From the NCBI GenBank assembly GCA_003344405.1, contig NOWV01000001.1, forward strand, positions 62,001-126,000: DNA of 64,000 bases, written 5' to 3'. Shown piece after piece: positions 42,188 to 56,200 of this stretch. The position numbers and the translations under genes were made by a program. Source of the DNA: Trichoplax sp. H2 (Eukaryota). Below the pieces are notes generated by a model, which saw only the letters and a program-made list of their open reading frames with translations, made no database searches and was not told the DNA's origin. The first letter of the stretch is position 1, and every line of letters begins with the position of its first letter.

Positions 42188-43206
42188 ATGATGACTATGG
42201 CCATGGAATATCAACATAAACAAGTTCTTTTGGTTGGTTTAGCTTGCTTAGATATTATTACTGTTTGCGGTCATTTTCCAATCGAAGATGAGGATTTTCG
42301 AGCTGATGATCATTATTGGCAATGTGGAGGAAATGCATGTAATTCTGCAGTTGTTCTTCAACAGTTAGGTAGGTTACCCTAATCGAATGCGATAGTAATA
42401 TAGTACGATACTTTCTATCTCGTATGATTGTCAAGAAGATATTATCATTCTTTCTAGGAGATCAATGTAATCTGATGGCTTGCCTATCTGAAAATTGCCC
42501 ACAATCCGATTATATCTTACAAAAATTAACGAATATTGGTATTAAATCTAATTGGTGTATTCGTCATATCGGTCATAAAACACCAATTTCTACAGTGTTA
42601 ATCAATAAGAAAAATGGTTCACGAACAATTATGCACTATAGTTGGTTGCCGGAATTAACTCTAGACAATTTTCAAAACCGTGTTCAATTTGATAATCTAG
42701 ATTGGATCCATTTCGAAGGTAGACGAAAGAATATGCTAGAAATTGGTCGAATGATGGATTATATTCGATTACGTTATAAAGACAGGATTAAAATCTCCGT
42801 TGAGTTAGAGAAAAAAGATGAAAATTCACTGCAGTTGATTCCTAAAGCTGATGTTATCTTTATTGGGAAAGATTTCGCTCAAGCTTTTGGTCATGATAAC
42901 GCTACCGATTGCCTTCGTGCCTTCTATCCATTAGCTCAGTCATCGGCTATAATGATTTGTCCGTGGGGTGATTATGGTGCCGATGGTATAGGACCCCCTC
43001 AAAGCAATATAGTTCATGCTGATGCTCTCACACTTGATGAAGTAGTTGATACACTAGCAGCTGGTGATACTTTTCTCGCAGGTACTATACATTCTTTACG
43101 TAAAGGAGAATCCCTACTCAAATCGATATCCTACGGATGCAAACTAGCTGGTACTAAATGCAAGCAACGAGGTTTAATGTTTGAAAAGATTCCAACTGAT
43201 CACTAA
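42188..43206 (+). CDS. KHK: Ketohexokinase (pfkB/ribokinase family)
   Basis: Two exons (intron 42369-42457). VGLACLDII, GGNACNSAVVL, NGSRTI, WIHFEGR, ISVELEK, CPWGDYGA, VVDTLAAGDTF. The start could be any of Met 42188-42203. Confidence 0.92.
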
Positions 43207-44244
43207 GTCAAGGCAGCAATGATACAGTAAACGAAACGTTAAGGGCTATTCTGATTTCAAGAACTAAAATTGTATTATATTGTATATAATAATGTAATCG
43301 ATTAGTACAGTAAGCCGCAAATTAACCTGTAGTGTAATACGTAATACTACTACCTTGACTAAAAGTCATTACAAGCTACCTGACGATAACTTACGAGGAT
43401 ACTGTATTTTGGAGTCGACAATCAATAACACCATTTCAACAACTTACGATCTCTTTAATAGGTATAGATTCGCTAACAAAGATATGTTGTTGATTTTTAA
43501 GCGTTTGCTTATAATAATAAAAATATTGATATTTTATATTGCAATAAAGAATTTATAGTATATATTCACAGAAATATTCTCAATCAGTAGTAGCGATCGT
43601 GTAACAATTTGTTTTATACCTATCCGTTTATGGATACAGCCGTTAATAAATTTGCTACGATTAAAAATGCTTTAAAATTTGTAGTATCAACATCAATCAA
43701 TCAATCAAATCAGTCAATCCATTGATACTACTTTGTCTAGCGGTATTCGTTATTAAAATATTGTCTAACAATCATTTTCAATAGTTCAATAAAATTTTTG
43801 ATCGATTAAAATAGATTTCCGATTACAAATATTGTAGTCACATATAAAATTGCAATCTCTTTAAGAAGTTTATAAATCTATGTAGTAAGTAGTGCCCATT
43901 GGTCTATTCCCGTTAGGCGAAAGGAAAGAAATTATCAACCTTGAAATTACGACAATAGGTCAGCAAATTTGAAAGCTGAAATTTAAGCATAGTAATTTGC
44001 CTTACATTATTTTATCAGAAATAGTGTAAACTGTATGCTCATACAATAAAAAAATGAAAATACAACAAAAATTTCATGTCACTGATACGCATTTACAATC
44101 GCAACTTCATATTGAAGTTTAAAGTAAAAGCCAATCCTTACTGATACATAAGGCAGCTAACGCACACAATTTAGTTTTACGGATAACTTATTACAGTACT
44201 TGATTTAGAGGTCATTTCCATATCTTGCATGATTGCAACGTTGC

Positions 44245-47200
44245 TCAACATTGAGTAACAGTCAAGTTGATTTTATCTTCAATTATCTGTGGCAATATAT
44301 TAAGAGAGAAAAAATAAGGGAAACCTTCGATTTAACAAAAGTTATAAACTATTTAACTTCGATTTGAAACTTACCAATTTCAATTCTAAATCGATAAAGA
44401 GGCCTTGTATAAACTTTCTTGTCGATAAGCGATAGTGATACAACGTCATTAAGTTGATTACTTGACTATATAAACAGTTATCTTTGAACGCGGACTCAAA
44501 GTTTTCTTTCAAACTATTAAAAAGTAATAACGTAAATTTGTTATTAATCTATAGTTAGTGATATTTATCTTGTGCTATCGAAAGCTTACATCATTAGTCC
44601 TTGCTGATTAGCTTTTGAAGCAACAGCTCCACTCAGAGAGGTTACTAAACGAAGAATCTCTTTCCTAATCTGAGACCGTCCTGTAGTAGTACTATCATCT
44701 AATCTTTTTAAGCCTAACTTATTTGTCACAGCATCGTCGCTGAAGCTATCACTAGAACTACTAATATTGAAGCTATCTTTCTTTTGCTCTTGGTCAGAAC
44801 CTAAAATTTTTAATATTAGAGATACGTATTTGTTTAAATAGCAAAAGACTTAAATTGATTAAACTACGAAGGGAGTTTCAAACCTGATGTAACAGAAGCA
44901 CTGGAGGTTACCGATAAATGCAAGTCATTAGAGTAATTAGCTCCAGTATCATCCTGAGATGAATCGGATTGATTAGTCATTTTTCTACCGGGTTGTTCGA
45001 AAACATCTGATTCTGAATAGTGACGTTTCTTCAAATTTGCAAATTTAACTCCAGTACACCCAAAGCACACATTGGGATCATGAACTTCTGGAAAACCATC
45101 ATAAATATTTCCTTTAGATGATGTTACAGATCCAGATCGACGTGGCATTGATGAAGCTCGCTGCTTACGGTCACCAAAAACTGTGTCATAGGCAGCTGGA
45201 TTAAATGATTTAGCCCAAGAACCATGGTAACCGTGATCTTTATACTTCATTAAAGAAATAAATTATTTTAAATTACATCATTGTTAAACACTGTAAGGGA
45301 AAATTACAAACGTATTAATAATAAACTCCAAAGAAAACTTTACTTGAAAAACGCGAATTAATTCGACTGGTAAAGACAGTCCAATAAAATCCACAGTACC
45401 AGAAGAAATTTTACTACTATCATCCGCTGTTAACTCTGCTGGTCGTCGAGAAGATTTCTTACCCGTTTCTTGCGCATCACTACAACGAAAAGTCGAAAAC
45501 AGGACTATAACACTGTATGCAGAACCGTAATTAATTCTATAATTGAGCTACATTGGCATACGCACTTTAGTCCAAATTTAGTTGATAGTACCCTCAAAGA
45601 GCCAGAACTTGAAAGATGATGACTATCTGTAGTAGATCCAGCTAACATACTACGCCGTCGAAGATCTGTTAATGCTTTATAACCTTGGGCATCCTTAATT
45701 GATACTGTTCGCTTAGTATTTTCAATTCGCATTGATCTACGAATAACATCTTGCTTATTTTCAGTATCGAATAAATTGGTGGCGCTCTGACTTTGATTTA
45801 ATGTAGGAGTTAACATAGCAGCACTGTGACGGGATCTACGTTGCAACCCAGAAATTGTGGACTTCCTCGGCCTGATTGGACCTTCGGGTAGTTCCAGATT
45901 ACCTCCAGTTGCGTCTTTATCACTTTGCATACCTTCTTCTACAGAGTTACTGCGACTTTCTTGCCTGTCAGTAGCAGTATCGCCATCGACAACATAATCA
46001 GTTATATCACTAGTAACTGACACATCATCATCATCGAAAGATTCGCCTCTGGTACCAAAAGTGCGGATAACTGGTGAAGGCAACGTACTAATTCCAATCC
46101 CTCTCATTTTTAAAGTCTCCTTTACGTTATCTGATGCAGTAATTGAACGGCCTCTCAAAAGATCTGTTGATACACTGACAGGATCTGAAACTACGTAGTC
46201 GTATTCGTCAAGCACTGGCCATTGAACATTTCCTCCATGACGAACGCTTTCCCATCCAAGACTGGAAAGAAAGTTTGCTCCAGAGCGGGTTTTAGCAATC
46301 AAACCGAGCACATAAAAGCTTGTTCTACATAAATGTGTATACAATTATATGAATACATATATTGACAGTGAACTTAATTTCTCCTTTCAATGAAAAGACA
46401 CTAATAGTAAAAGCTAGCGTTTACTTACCCACGAATTGAGAAAACCTCGCATTCCTCAGCCAATCTTACTATGTCCGGAATTATTCCAATTTTCATTAAA
46501 ATTGCTAAACCCAAGACTGATGATCCTATATGCCCCTATATTAAAATCATTAAGGAAATAGATTAAAAGTCATAGCCTCAATATTGCTAAAAGTACAAAA
46601 GCAAATTAGATTAAATTTATCAATCGAATCTAGAAACTCACTAGAGCCCAAAGGGCAGCTTTTGTTTGCAAAATTTCTAACGAAGAGTTAAATCTTCGAC
46701 TCCAAACAGTTCTTGAATACATTTGCGCATAATCCTACAGCAAAACATTTTGATAATGTCAATATAAAAAAAACTAATGCTTGGATTTCTTAACAACGCT
46801 TACTCCATCAATAATTAATTTGCAACCGTTCTTAAGTTGTGCTAATTCTCCAAATACATGCACTGGCACAAAAGCTTTTAAGGGATCTTTCCTATTAAGA
46901 ATTAAGTATAAATAAAATCAATTTCACGAATATGTATACAAAATTTACTTCACACTTTGCAATCAAAAATCACGTACGGTTTGGTTTGCCTTCTAACGTA
47001 GATACCGATCTCTGAATCTTTCTCAAACGTTGTTAAGGCCTCAGCAAGTGATCTCTCCACGAGTTTTACATATTCAAGGTTCGAATGCTATTAAGAATGT
47101 TGACGACAATCATTAAAACGAAGCCAAAATACTGAATTGTTACTTAAATAGACATTTAATACCTGAATCCATTCTTCTATTGCCTTGGTCAAGAAACCCA

Positions 47201-50200
47201 TGTTTTGAAGATAAGTAAATCCACTCTCAATTGAACAAAACCTTTAACAAATAAAATTAACCAGCTTTCTTAAAACCAAATTTAATTATAAAGCGTTAGA
47301 TAAGCTATTCCGTTTACCTTAGCATTAGGCAATAACCACTATGTCCTAAACATAATAATGCTGGTTGTAGTTTTACGATAGATTCCAAGCAAGTCTATAA
47401 TTGAATGAAATATCGACATTATTAACAACAAATTTTTTTGTAAATACTGACCTGCATGTAAACCAACCCATGCAATTACAGAATTCAACTATCGATGATA
47501 CTATTACTAAAGCTGGCATCGATTTATAACCAGTCTGCTTACCTTATCTTCACAAGCTTCCGTTGTAATTTCTAAAGCGCAAGCAGCAATCTCTTCGTTT
47601 GTGTCATATAGCTATCGGAAAATATATCGGATAACTTTATGATGAAAATACAGTACTACTACAGCTGTATTTAATCATAAAATACCTAACAGTTCCATAA
47701 TATTATACCAACCTGAGTAACTAATAACTCTAATCCCCATTTGCTAAAATTAGAAACGCCAGCTCTAAGTAATGCTCTTAGGTACTTTGTGCCATACATT
47801 CGGATGTGCTATTATGATAATAGAATATAACTTAATTTGTCTTATATCCTCATACTTTGATTCCTAACTAGTACAATTATGACGCATGCTTTTAAAAATC
47901 TTACGACAATGCGATCATAACATCAAATGTGTAGCAGCTACAAGTGACTACAACAAATTAATCACTTCTAAATTTGAATACATGATGTTAACTACCTCAT
48001 CGTTAGCTGTAAGCGCTTTAGACAGTACCACTCGTGAAGGACCAGGGATATTATAATCTAAACCGGATAATAGTAGTTTGACATGTTCTGGATGACTTTT
48101 ACTTGAACATAGGCTGATAAAACTAGAAATTGCAATTATACAAATCAACATGTTGCGTAGACGCACATTCCCATCCAATTGCAGTTCAATCAAGATCTAC
48201 TGTGTCTTACCTGTCAAACGCTCCAGTCTTTTCTAAAATTTGAATCCCGGTAGCAGAACTAGAAACCTCACCAATAAGTAAGAAATAATACTGACTCAGA
48301 GTTTCTGTAAGTCGTTCTGATAAGAATGTATTGTATGTTCCTTGACCAGCGGGGGATATTACCTAAACAATTATAGAAATATAGGATTAAGAAGAGAAGA
48401 ACTATAAAATTTTTGATGCAATTATTTATATGAACGTTGCAATAGTGTTGCTCATTCCTTACACTTACTTCATTGAGAGCATTAACTATTTCTTGAATTA
48501 ACTCTTGCAATAACTTTAATGCGTCGGTCTAAGTTAAAAAAAGAGTTAATTCTTACTCATAATTATTATAAATTTTTCTAAATCGCTGTTATCACGATTT
48601 TATCATACACGAAGAAAGAAGTAGCGTCAGATAATGTTACCTCATTGGAACTAAGTAAGAACTTTACTAAAAGGCATCCGACTTGCGTATAGAGCTGGGC
48701 CTGTTCAGAAGTTAAACCAATTTCAGCAAACTGCTGCTTACTCGGAAGATAAAACGACATCAAACGACGAAGGAATCTAAGGAAAAAATGTAAACTTGTA
48801 AGTTCTATCGCATACAGTACATGACATAATTGAAAGTTGTAGCATTACAAACTATTTGATTACGCTTAGCACGTAGTAATCTTTATGTACATAAATAAGG
48901 AAGATGCATCATGATGTACAGAATTCGAACTTACTTAGTATTGGAAGTATCTTCCAAATTCTTGTAGGACACTTTCGTTGACTAGTGAATGAATATGGTA
49001 GTAGTTAAAAAGAAGTAAATACAAAATCTATATACAAGTACTTTCCAAATATAGTAATTCTAGGTACTGTAGCATTGACAATACCTGTAGTAGTCCTCTA
49101 ATAGTCTCCCAATCCCATAGTGTAATAATTTTCGAACTAAGTATCTAAATTAAGTTGATGAAAACATTGCAGCATTGAAAGCTATCGCTGTAAAAATAGT
49201 AAAATTATCTATTGCTTTATTGTAATCAAAATAACACTAAATAATAACCTTTGAATCTTTAACAACTTGATTGATAGCATCGTCAATATCCTGTAGATAT
49301 CAAATACAGTATTACGAAGAGACAACTATATCCGTTAATTTTTAACGAATAATAATGATACCAATGTTATCGTACCTTACTATTCGAGCTAATACCAATG
49401 GCATCTTTCCCTAGAGTATACTGTTGCTGGTAGTGTTCATAGTTACACTATATAAATATGCATACAAACAAAATGTATAACAATTCACCTTATTACAAAG
49501 TTGTTATAAGGTTTTATTTGATAAAATAGATTAATTTAATTAATGAATCGGTGTTTACAGGAACAGATCAATTACCTGTCGAAGTAAAAGAGCCAAATAT
49601 TCGTTAAAACAAGTAACTTTCCTTTTTTTCAATTGATGTAAAGTATCGAGGCATCGGATAGCAGCATATGCACGGCTGTAGATATGGTAGCGTAAGCGTA
49701 CATTACAGTTATCGTATCAATTCTTAATTACGTATCTATCAATTATCAATCAATGTCTTTCGTAACACCAATTACCTTCGTTGACTTGGCGATGAGTCCA
49801 GAGATGTGGTAAGCGCAATAAGTTGCGGAAGAGAATGAGAATTACTTCCGCACGCAACAGGTATAATTGTATTAGCCTACAGTAATTAATTACACATATA
49901 TTGACAAATAAATATGATATAGTGATATTAAATATAGCTATATCCATTGCGTAATTGATAACCTATAAGATATTAATTTCAGCTATAGTATTTACATCCT
50001 TACCATATGCAAAAGTTCACCCAAAAGAATAGTGGCTCGTACAGCTATGAATTCATCCTCCGATGTAACGACATCAACTAAGCTCTACAAAATGGTTACA
50101 AGCAGTAATTAATTAACGTAATTCCCATTACATAATATTCCAAAAGCAGTTACCTCAAATAATCCGGACATTGAAAAAGCTGATAATACAACAGCTAAGT

Positions 50201-53200
50201 AGTTATCAACTAAATTCATCCTTAAAAATTTATTTGAATGGGTAAAATGTTAATAACATTACAATATACAGAAATTCAAAGAGATAAATATGTTACTTAT
50301 GACAGAACTAACCTGGTAGTCTTAGGGGGTAGCAACTGAAGAGCTTCCTCAGCAACCCAGCCTTCACTTAATTTCCAACCATCTTGGATATATGTGCAAG
50401 CTTTTAACAGCAAAAGATTTGGCGATTAGGTTTAAAGTACAAAGACTAATTTCAAGTTGTATAATGCTTACTTGCATTACGTAAGGCATCAGAAAAATTA
50501 TTTGTCCATTCAGGTACTCTAAGTCGAAAGACATCGTATAAAATATCCATCGTAGCTTTCTGTATACGGTTAGGTAAGAAAATAGAATAATTTTAATAAA
50601 TCCGGTGCAAATTATTATACTAAATTAACAACCAGCAAAGCCTTTGTTTTAATACACAATCTTTTACCCTAATTTCACTATTTGGCAGGCAAAAGGCTCC
50701 TAAAAGTGATCTAAATCCACTCCCATCGGCCTTGCACATGCAAATAATGCCTAAAACATACATTATCTCATGAATAAATAAACACGAGGGATAATTCTGT
50801 TATTTAAGAGATCTCACCTTCCCACGTTTTAAATATCGTGGTTATTGCTAATTTACTAGTTGTCAATCTAAATTGATGATCATCTCTATAAAGGAAATTA
50901 TAAATTTATTCGTTTTATAACATAAATATCGCTTTATGATAGAACGTATATCTGAAAATCTACTTACTTTAGCTCAAAATCAGGGATATCTGCACTATAT
51001 CGATATTGCAAATCAGTAAAAGGAGCAACAATAGCCTAAAGATAGCAATAAAATAAAATATTCACAATACCATAGTTAATAATTATAACTGTAGATGGGA
51101 ATAAATCCGCCGCATTCAATTCCGCGACAATACGCGTACTACTTCTTTTTTAATTCACCTCTAAGTCTAATTGCGGCCGCATGTACTTTCGAGTCATGGG
51201 ATGATCGAATAAGTAAAGAATGGTCATCATCATTGCTTCATTAATACGATGCATCTATTAATCGTAAGTTACAAAATCTTTAATACCTGATAAACTTAAA
51301 ATTGAAATAAATAAATGATAAATGTGTATACTTGACAATCTAAAATGTTTCTAATTATTGTATTGATTCCACCAACTAGTGCAACAATTTCAGCGTTAGA
51401 TACAGCTAGAAAATATATTGGAATAACAAAGAAAAAGTTACCACATTTTTTATTTTATCGAGTACGAGAATCTCAAATCACAGTGTTGGTATTTGTACCT
51501 AGTTCACATAAAGTAGCTAAACACGCATGCGAAAATCGATCACGGGTTTGGCTATATTCATCGTCACCAATGGCAACTAGACACGATACTAATGATCTTG
51601 GAAATAAATCAGGACATATTCGAATAATCTAAACGCACAATTTAAAATGTAAGCCGAAAAGTGAGATAGAGTATACAGAACAATTTACAAAATTAAATTT
51701 AAATAAAATTATCTTGTGCATCACTAGTCAAATATAATTAATAGGAGCAATAAGTCCCCATAAATTAGTTACTTGATATCAACCTAAAATATACTCTGTT
51801 GTTTTCAAGTATAGTTATTTTTACTGTAAGGTTAGTAATTGGTTGATGAAGGTCAATATTTTTTCAGCATACTAAAAAGATCTTCCACAATCAATATTCT
51901 TTAAATAACAATAGTAAACGGTTGGAAAAGAAAGGACGACTTGATATTGTCATCATCAATTTTTATTTCAACATTTCAGAAGCGTTGGCAAAAATACCTT
52001 TCTTAAAAATCGCAGAACTTGAACGCGTTCTATTTCGTTGGGATAAGGGGAATCTAAAGCTCTAGATTCATCAAATACAATAGTTAAAGACATTGCACTT
52101 ATTGAAACGAAAAACTTACAGTAATTATCTTATTACTTTATGTATTTAGGATAAAATACTTATTGCTAACATACCTAATCAAAAATAGATCGATATGTAG
52201 CTTATAAAAGACGATAAATGCATCGCGATCTTTAAAAAGGTAGCGTAGAGCGCGAATAGTTGCAGCACGGACTTCTTTAACGGAACTAAGTAGGGCTTTC
52301 CTACCACTAAAAAATATATTACAGTTTATTTTGTCCATTATCTCATTACCTATACACTCATAGCAATAAAATCAGATAATTTTAACTAGTTAATTCGCTA
52401 TCAACTCTTTTAATTTATTCAACCGCATATTATTACAACGCACAGAAACATACAAATTTAATATTTAATGGAAATTGTGCAACATTGCGAAGCATCAACA
52501 TTATTACTACGATTATTACTAGCATCTTTTTTACTTATTTAGAAGGTACATAACACTATACTGTGTATTACGATCATAACGCACGACACTTACCATCGAA
52601 CAATTTCTTCAAGTGAAAATCCTAAGAATACGTCATCATCGTTGGATCGAATTAGCTAGTGTAAGAAATTATACAAGTTATCATTCACGCATGGCTTCGA
52701 TTAACAATTATAGTTTATACGGCACAAGCTTTAACTTAAACAGAATTGCTGGCAATATTTTTTAAGCACTGCATAATATGCTATATACAGTATGAAAAAT
52801 ATCGAACTCGATGAACATCAATAACGTTATGATTCATCATAGCATGTATTTCGAAAAGTAAAGCATAAAATCTTCGTCTGGTATTTACAAAAAGCAACAG
52901 CTGTACCGTTGCATTCTTTACTCCACTAAGCGAATTTGTTAAATCTTTGCATATGATATTACGCCAAATACTGGATAATATCAGGAAATGAATGTTAGAA
53001 TTATCAATTACGGCAAGTTAGCTAACAGATATTGTATCTTATTACAGATCCATTTGTATTTATTCTTACATTAACATACCTTGACAAGATTATTTAAATT
53101 AAGGACTTGCTTTCTAGCGGCATTTTTATCCAGCGAATTAAGAATACTGTACAGGATATCATAAACGATGTCGGGTGCACCTTTCAGTAAAAAATTGCAA

Positions 53201-56200
53201 ATTACATTTAGCTAGAATCAACTACCTGTAACTTTAACTTTAATGACCCTAAAGATAAAATTTCAATAGCAGCTATATCGAATATACCCTTCAGCAATCA
53301 GTAATTATCACTTTAATTTGCATTGTGACCCTTCTAACGTGTAATTTTAATCGTGCTTGACATAATAATTACTCAAAAGCTATTTAAGCCGAAACGAAAC
53401 TTCGGCAATTCAATCTTGGCAATCAAAAATGGATGAAATCCTTTTGTTGGCCTTATCCCCCCCCCCCTCACTTAAAAAAATCTATTGGACGTGCAACAAA
53501 CGTGTGTTTACAATGTATGCGATAAGCAATGTACTAGTGTTAATTTTCAAAGTTTGATAAGGCACAGCATGCGAGTGGAAGAATTTACTGCATTGAAAAT
53601 AGTAGTATAAATTGTCTTTTTCCTTGTAATGTCAAATTCATGGAAATTCGCTCTTACTGATAAAGTTGATAAAACTATTTACTCAATAACCGATTGATAA
53701 CAGCAATAACGGACACGATGTAATAATTTCTATCCGACGATAGAAGCCGTGGAAATTTTCAGTATTCTATTTTAATTTATGTATGTCAACACCAAGGACT
53801 TCTAACAGAATTTTCCGTAGAAGTTCCTGGTTAATAATAATAATCAATACGCTTCTAGCACGCTTTCGTAAAAACGAGTCATAATCTATTCCGACACATA
53901 TCAAGATTGATTAAAATTAGCAATTGTGTCCATAAATAATTTATATACCCTCTAAGGTTATGGGGAAGTAGTTATTGAGTAAGTACGTATGCATTATACT
54001 AAAGCATTTCGCATTTTTATCATCATTATGTTTTACGAGTATATCGATGTAGTGCTCCATTCAATCTATCATCGATAGTAATTACAGAATAAGAAAATCG
54101 AAAGAAAGATAACCATTAAGCCGGCTTGACTACATTGGTGATAGCTATTTATTGAAATAGTACTATGCAACCTATTTTTCTTACGCTATAGTGTCCACCG
54201 TATAAACTTAAAATATAAAGATGAAAAAATGAAAGCTGTCAATGACGTTAATAGAGGAATCAGATAATTAATTAAAAGTAAAAGAAAGATACATGATCAA
54301 TTATGGATACAGTATCGATTTGATTCATACGTAAATTATGCGATTACAATAACAGGAGAGATGGAAACGAAAGTAAACGAAATTCGATAACAGAGAAATA
54401 GATTATCAAGCAATGTGTTTAGTCACCGAGACATTGTCACAATGCCTAGCAATATCTTTAATTGTAGAGTATCCTAGCAACTTTTAAAGCAGGACAAGAT
54501 TTGAATTTAACATCTACTAGAAGTAAACTCAAGACAATCTAAATGTTTGTACTGTAAGTGTTTACAGGAAAGTAATGCAATCTTTAGCGTGGTACAGTAC
54601 ATTGTAATTGAGCAGTAATAATATCCAACCTATCATGTTATTAATTTCTAATCATTTACATTGCATCTGTATTGATGTCCAATAGAGAAATTTATCACCT
54701 AGCCATAACACAGGAATGAGATGGATGTTCGACTATTTTGGGACAGATATACGTAGATAGTATAAAACAAATTTATAGCTGCAGTTACATACTAGAAATG
54801 AACAAATACATAAGATTGGATATGGTAAGACGGAAGACACAGCATAGGCGGTAATTTGTCTAAACTACTTTATAACCACTTTATAATCTTCTTAATTCGT
54901 GTAAAGTATACAATAATTTTAAACAACAGTAGGTGATGAAAATGGATATGAAATAGACGCCGAGTTTCTTTAATTTTATCATTATTTATAAGTAACTAAG
55001 AATTACTAGAGTTGATTGGTCATGTTAATAAGCATGTTCTGTTGGTCTAGCAGTAGTGTTTTAACTTTAGTCACCAAACTACTGTAATATAGCAGAGTAA
55101 GCACACTAATGGAAGCATAATGTTGTTTTTTTTCTTAAGAACTATGCGGACATTTACTGTGCGCGTTAGGTCGTACACTCTATTANNNNNNNNNNNNNNN
55201 NNNNNCCGAGACATTGTCACAATGCCTAGCAATATCTTTGATTGTAGAGTATCCTAGCAACTTTTAAAGCAGAACAAGATTTGAATTTAACATCTACTAG
55301 AAGTAAACTCAAGACAATCTAAATGTTTGTACTGTAAGTGTTTACAGGAAAGTAATGCAATCTATAGCAGTAATAATATCCAACCTATCATGTTATTAAT
55401 TTCTAATCATTTACATTGCATCTGTATTGATGTCCAATAGAGAAATTTATCACCTAGCCATAACACAGGAATGAAATGGATGTTCGACTATTTTGGGACA
55501 GATATACGTAGATAGTATAAAACAAATTTATAGCTGCAGTTACATACTAGAAATGAACAAATACATAAGATTGGATATGGTAAGACGGAAGACACAGCAT
55601 AGGCGGTAATTTGTCTAAACTACTTTATAACCACTTTATAATCTTCTTAATTCGTGTAAAGTATACAATAATTTTAAACAACAGTAGGTGATGAAAATGG
55701 ATATGATTGGTCATGTTAATAAGCATGTTCTGTTGGTCTAGCAGTAGTGTTTTAACTTTAGTCACCAAACTACTGTAATATAGCAGAGTAAGCACACTAA
55801 TGGGAGCATAATGTTGTTTTTTTTCTTAAGAACTACGCGGATATTTACTGTGCGCGTTAGGTCGTACACTCTATTACATCAATTTTGTAGTTAGCCGTTA
55901 ATTTTTTTAAGCTGGGCTATCCTTCAAATTTGTTACGTGATTAAACTAATTAATACTTTGTATAATAATATTATTGTTGTTATTTTAATGTTATGACTCA
56001 CGAGCCGTCGACACTTATCCAGAATGGAAGCCGTGAATATCATTTCCGGACAAGTCTTATAGACTGCGTACTGCCTTAACTGTTTTTAGTTGACAAATCT
56101 CTAATAAATAAATAAATTAATTCACATAATTTGTAATTATACTGCTACTATATCAGATCATATCATGCAGTCAGATTCACCCTAAGTCAGATATGAGCAG

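Noticed and set aside
55186..55205. Possible LTR pair or real tandem duplication around the N run
   Set aside because: Copy boundaries coincide with the gap edges and there are no TG...CA termini or internal ORFs; best explained by the assembly.
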